The notes under the pieces are model-generated. The model was not told the DNA's origin. It did no database searches and saw only the letters and a program-made list of their open reading frames with translations. Shown piece by piece: positions 59,226 through 64,000 of a stretch of DNA of 64,000 nt. The DNA lies in assembly GCF_009914755.1 (NCBI RefSeq), contig NC_060928.1; one strand, given 5' to 3'. Made by a program: the position numbers and the translations under genes. Numbering within the stretch: the stretch's first letter is position 1; the number at the start of each line of letters is the position of its first letter. The DNA is from the human T2T-CHM13v2.0 reference genome, Homo sapiens.

Positions 59226-59320
59226 TGGGTTAAGGCATTAAGTCATCCAGAAGGATTACTAAATTGACAAGGATTAGATCATTTAATGAATAAATCACTA
59301 CCACCCATGATTATTGTTAG

Positions 59321-60358
59321 CAGTGGTTTCTAAACGTTTTTGATTTTATAAGCCAATAGTAAATAAAATTTTGAGCAGCAACTCAGAATTATGTATTATA
59401 TTTATATTTTTGTCTTACACATGTGTTGCTGTATCAATATATTATATATATCAAACATACACAAAATAGGTATGCTTAAAGGATGTGCTAAATTTGAAAT
59501 AAATAATATTTGAAAATACTTATTAATTTTTATTCATGGCATACTTTTTTTCTTTAAAAATGCCATTTTAAACCAGTGCAGTGTGGTTGAAGATCCTTCT
59601 TTTTTTTTGAAAATTGTAGTTTCACATTTGTGACACAGCAATTCAAAGGCCTGCTTTTCAGTTGTTTGTTTCTTATTAGTTTTAATGGCTGTCATAATTG
59701 CAAAAGACATGCCACAGACACAACATAAACACACCTAAAGTGAAATCTAGGTGTATGACTGTAGATACATTTCCGTATTCTGGTATTATTCTTGACATTT
59801 GCAGTTTGGTGAGAGCATCTTCTTGTTAGATCTAATTAGATTGTCATTGTCTTGTGAGTAGCGAAGAGACCTTGTCCAGGCACAAAGGTCAGCTTTGCCA
59901 TTGTTCTGTTTGATGTTGCTTGCTTTAGTGAAATCTTTAATCAGAAGGCGTTTTCTCTTTTCTGTACTCTTTTAAAGTCATTTGTATATTTTGTGAGGGT
60001 TGGTTTACATAAATTAGATACTAGGATCTATACATCCCCTTAACCTGGCATAAACAAAAGACCATCTGTCGCAATACACTGGAAGAGCGGAAGTGGGAAC
60101 TCCACAGTCAACACTTCCATGCTGTGAAGCTCCTGCTCCTCTGGAGAAGTGTCCCCTCCAATAAGTGAGGCCTGACCATCTGACATCTCCACCTAGCAAT
60201 GGCACTGCTGTCACTTCATTTAGTGGATATTTGTAGTGCATATTTCCCTAATTTTTAAGATAACATTTTAAACGTTTGAATATTTTCTTCCCACACCACA
60301 ATGATGATGTTGACAATCCTGCGAGGTGCACACTCACACCCTACTTTGGAGATCTTGG
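59321..60358 (-). mobile_element. hAT-Charlie DNA transposon fossil with a transposase C-terminal remnant
   Basis: cagtggtttctaaac end at 59321; minus-strand SFAIMTAIKT and, in another frame, L*IAVSQ resemble the hAT dimerisation domain. Confidence 0.6.
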
Positions 60359-61129
60359 AACTAGACAATAGTTTATCCTTTCCACAGAGGGGCAGGGGAC
60401 AGCAGGAGGGGCTAACACCCTAAGATGGAGCCCTAAGGTGGCACTTTTTCCCTGGCAAATACAATCCCAGGTATCTTAAAATCCAGGTAACCACTGTGTC
60501 ACAACGACACCACTTTAATTTTTTGTTTTGGGACGCTTTTGATGAAATAATCATATTTACTTTGTTCTAGTCCCCAGGTATCTCTAAGTCCTCTTAAACC
60601 AGTGTTGGTAAATTCATGAGATGGATGGATTAGAGTCCTCTTCCCCCCATGTATCAATAGAGTAACACAGTACATTAGGCTTCTGTTTGTTAATCATCAA
60701 CATTAGGGGCTTGATAAACAGTTTTAATACTAAATGCCAAATATCTGTGTTGGTAGATATGTCAACACATATGGGCCATATTGTTCTTTTCTTGCTTCTC
60801 AGACTCAAAATGAAACACTGCCCTCTCTAGGATTTCACTTATTCCAAGGACAGCCCCGTAGCTGGGTCTGTGTGGGGCTTGCCAGCACACAAAGTTCATT
60901 CCAACTCCTTCAGAGGCCAAAAGCCTTTGCATTTTGCTGTTTAATGCATGTCTTTGACCAGTCCCTGGACTCTGGCTGTGCCCTCAACTTTTCTTAACTA
61001 CCTTAGGCAATGTCACATCCTTGAATTTCTGTTGGCCTGAGAATATGTGTGACATCCAAACTCCCAATTCCTCTCTGAGTTCAGTTAGACTAGCTGTGTG
61101 GCGTTTTCCAAATGGGCACAACACCTAGA

Positions 61130-61275
61130 TCCATGTTATTAACCTTTTCTGGGTCACCTACTCCTTTGAGGATCTATGTGAAATCTAATCAGAAAAATAG
61201 TCAACCACATAAATTATGCATACAATTTCAAAGAGGGGGTAGTTTATATCCCTTCTGAAGTTCTTCTTAAACTAG
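61130..61275. mobile_element. hAT-Charlie MITE (Charlie4z-like)
   Basis: ttaaccttttctgggtcac...cctttgaggatct...tgcatacaatttca. Confidence 0.5.
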
Positions 61276-61544
61276 AATTTTTTTTAAAACTAAATTTACT
61301 GAGTTGTCCTACAAACCCAATCATACTGAAACTGATTGTTTTTAGGTTTTTAATTTTTATGGCTGTTTTCTTTCTCTCTTTTTTAACGAGTTAGCTTTGA
61401 AGACTTATAAAATGTTTGTGGTATGTCTATTTATATTGCCTTGAACAGTTAAGGACTGTTTATTGTGGCATAATGTTGATCTTTAAATATATAGTTACAA
61501 AATCCCCCTCTTTATAATTTGGTTGTCACTGAAGCCTGTACACA

Positions 61545-62005
61545 GGCTTGTAGTTGCTTACCCCAATCAATTTCTCCCCTTCTTCCTCACTAAGAGAAAC
61601 CTGATTTTGTTAGGGGAGGCAATGTACCATACTAAAAATCTACATTTCGTAGCCTGCCTTGTGGACAGAGGTGGCTATGTGGTTAGATTATTGCCAATGC
61701 TAATTTAAAATGCTTCTTAAAAGGGGTTGATTCCTTTTAAAGAGCCACAATGTGCTCTTTTGCACCCATTCTTTCTTCTTCTTCTTCTTCTTGCCCAGAA
61801 CACAGGTGCCACAGCTGGAGCTCCTATGGCCATCTTGCAGCCATGAGACAACCCTGAGAATGGAAACCGTGTGTTCAGATGTCAGAACAGAGAGTTAGAA
61901 AAATACTGAGAAATGGATAAACCTGAAATCTCTAACAAGCCCTGGGTCTCCTTCCTCTTGACTCTTGGTCTTCAAGTTACATGAGAAAATTAAATCCTGA
62001 TCTTG
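61545..62005 (+). mobile_element. MaLR LTR (MLT1J-like)
   Basis: ctccccttcttcctcactaagagaaacctgattttgtt...gctggagctcc...gccatcttgcagccatgag. Confidence 0.7.
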
Positions 62006-62294
62006 GTCAAATAAATAAATATGGTGTGTATACATGCACACATATATATACAGATACATATTCACATCCACACAGAGACATTTCTTAAGTAATGCAAATC
62101 TATACATGTATTTAAAAATATCTATGAACATTAAGTTGCAAACCCTCTCTCATAGGGAAACTGATAATTTCAACAAATTCAGTACACCCTTCTGAAAATA
62201 AGTTGTTAACCTATTTATATGGTATCATCAAAAACTATACATACTACTGTCTAACTTACAAATAGTACATTCTTTTGTTGTTGCTGGTAGTAAA

Positions 62295-64000
62295 CTTTTA
62301 AACAAATTTATTATACTTTAAGTTCTAGGGTACATGTGCACAACGTGCAGGTTTTTTACATATATATACATGTGCCATGTTGGTTTGCTGCACCCATTAA
62401 CTCGTCATTTACATTAGATATTTCTCCTAATGCTATCCCTCCCCCACTCCCCCACCCCATGACAGGCCCTGGTGTGTGATGTTCCCCACCCTGTGTCCAA
62501 GTGTTCTCATTGTTCAGTTCCCACCTATGAGTGAGAACATGTGGTGTTTGGTTTTCTGTCCTTGCGATAGTTTGCTCAGAATGATGGTTTCCAACTTCAT
62601 CCAGGTCCCTACAAAGGACATGAATTCATCCTTTTTTATGGCTGCATAGTATTCCATGGTGTATATGTGCCACATTTTCTTAATCCAGTCTATAATTGAT
62701 GGGCATTTGGGTTGGTTCCAAGTCTTTGCTATTGTGAATAGTGCTGCAATAAACATACGTGTGCATGTGTCTTTATAGCAGCATGATTTATAATCCTTTG
62801 GGTATATACCCAGTAACAGGATGGCTGGGTCAAATGGTATTTCTAGTTCTAGACCCTTGAGGAATCGCCACACTGTCTTCCACAATGGTTGAACTAGTTT
62901 ACACTCTCACCAATAGTGTAAAAGCGTTCCTATTTCTCCACATCCTCTCCAGCACTTGTTGTTTCTTGAGTTTTTAGTGATCGCCATTCTAACTAGTGTG
63001 AGATGATATCTCATTGTGGTTTTGATTTGCATTTCTCTGATGACCAGTGATGATGAGCATTTTTTCATGTGTCTGTTGGCTGCATAAATGTCTTCTTTTG
63101 AAAAGTGTCCGTTCATATCCTTTGTTCACTTTTTGATGGAGTTGTTTGATTTTTTCTTGTAAATTTAAGTTCTTTGTAGATTCTGGCTATTAGCCCTTTG
63201 TCACATGGGTAGATTGCAAAAATTTTTTCCCATTCTGTAGCTTGCCTGTTCACTCTGATGGTAGTTTCTTTTGCTGTGCAAAAGCTCTTTAGTTTGATTA
63301 GATCCCATTTGTCTATTTTGGCTTTTATTGCCATTGCTTTTGGTGTTTTAGTCACGACGTCCTTGCCCATGCCTATGTCCTGAATGGTATGGCCTAGGTT
63401 TTCTTCTAGAGTTTTTATGGTTTTATGCCTAAGATTTAAGTCTTTAATCCATCTGGAATTAATTTTTGTGTAAGGTGTAAGGAAGGGATCCAGTTTCAGC
63501 TTTCTACATATGGTTAGCCAGTTTTCCCAGCACTATTTATTAAATAGGGAATCCTTTCCCCATTTCTTGTTTTTGTCAGGTTTGTCGAAGATGAGATGGT
63601 TGCAGATGTGTGGTGGTATTTCTGAGACTTCTGTTCTGTTCCATTGGTCTATATCTCTGTTTTGGTACCAGTACCATGCTGTTTGGGTTACTGTAGCCTT
63701 GTAGTGTAGTTTGAAATCAGGTAGAGTGATGCCTCCAGTTTTGTTCTTTTGGCTTAGGATTGTTTTGGCAATGTGGGCTCTTTTTTGGTTCCATATGAAT
63801 TTTAAAGTAGTTTTTTTCAAATTCTGTGAAGAAAGTAATTGGTAGCTTGATAGGATGGCATTGAATCTACAAATAACCTTGGGCAGTATGGCTATTTTCA
63901 CAATATTGATTCTTCCTATCCATGAGCATGGAATGTTCTTCCATTTGTTTGTGTCCTCTTTTATTTCATGGAGCAGTGGTTTGTTGTTCTCTTTGAAGAA
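62295..64000 (-). mobile_element. L1PA6-like 3' portion (runs off the window)
   Basis: 3' UTR gacaggccctggtgtgtgatgttccccaccctgtgtccaag; ORF2 C-terminus ending MFSLIGGN, frameshifted. Confidence 0.92.

Noticed and set aside
60380-60445. CTCF-like motifs
   Set aside because: Only half-site matches, with several mismatches at core positions.

Overview
Primate (human-like) genomic DNA, AT-rich and dominated by transposable elements. I found no supportable cellular protein-coding gene, RNA gene or CpG-island promoter; nearly every ORF in the track is an L1 ORF1/ORF2 remnant, Alu sequence or simple repeat. Main contents: about 18 Alus (AluJ, S and Y types, many with readable target-site duplications, TSDs); a full-length but inactivated L1PA4-like element (17786-23888, minus) nested in the ORF2 of an older L1MA; TSD-bounded, internally deleted L1MA2-like and L1PB1-like elements; an L1MC; an L1PA6-like 3' part at the window edge; MaLR/ERVL LTRs, MIR, L2 and hAT fossils. 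The most striking structure not explained by repeats is a gap-free 142-bp inverted repeat (134/142 identical, 22-nt spacer) at 34774-35079, which looks like a fold-back duplication into an old L1. Three smaller fold-back scars also occur (7.7, 13.0 and 55.9 kb), along with a sharp Alu strand switch near 12 kb and two candidate enhancer motif clusters. Subfamily names come from my recollection of consensus diagnostics and need RepeatMasker/Dfam confirmation. I cannot support a claim of a wholly new biological system.
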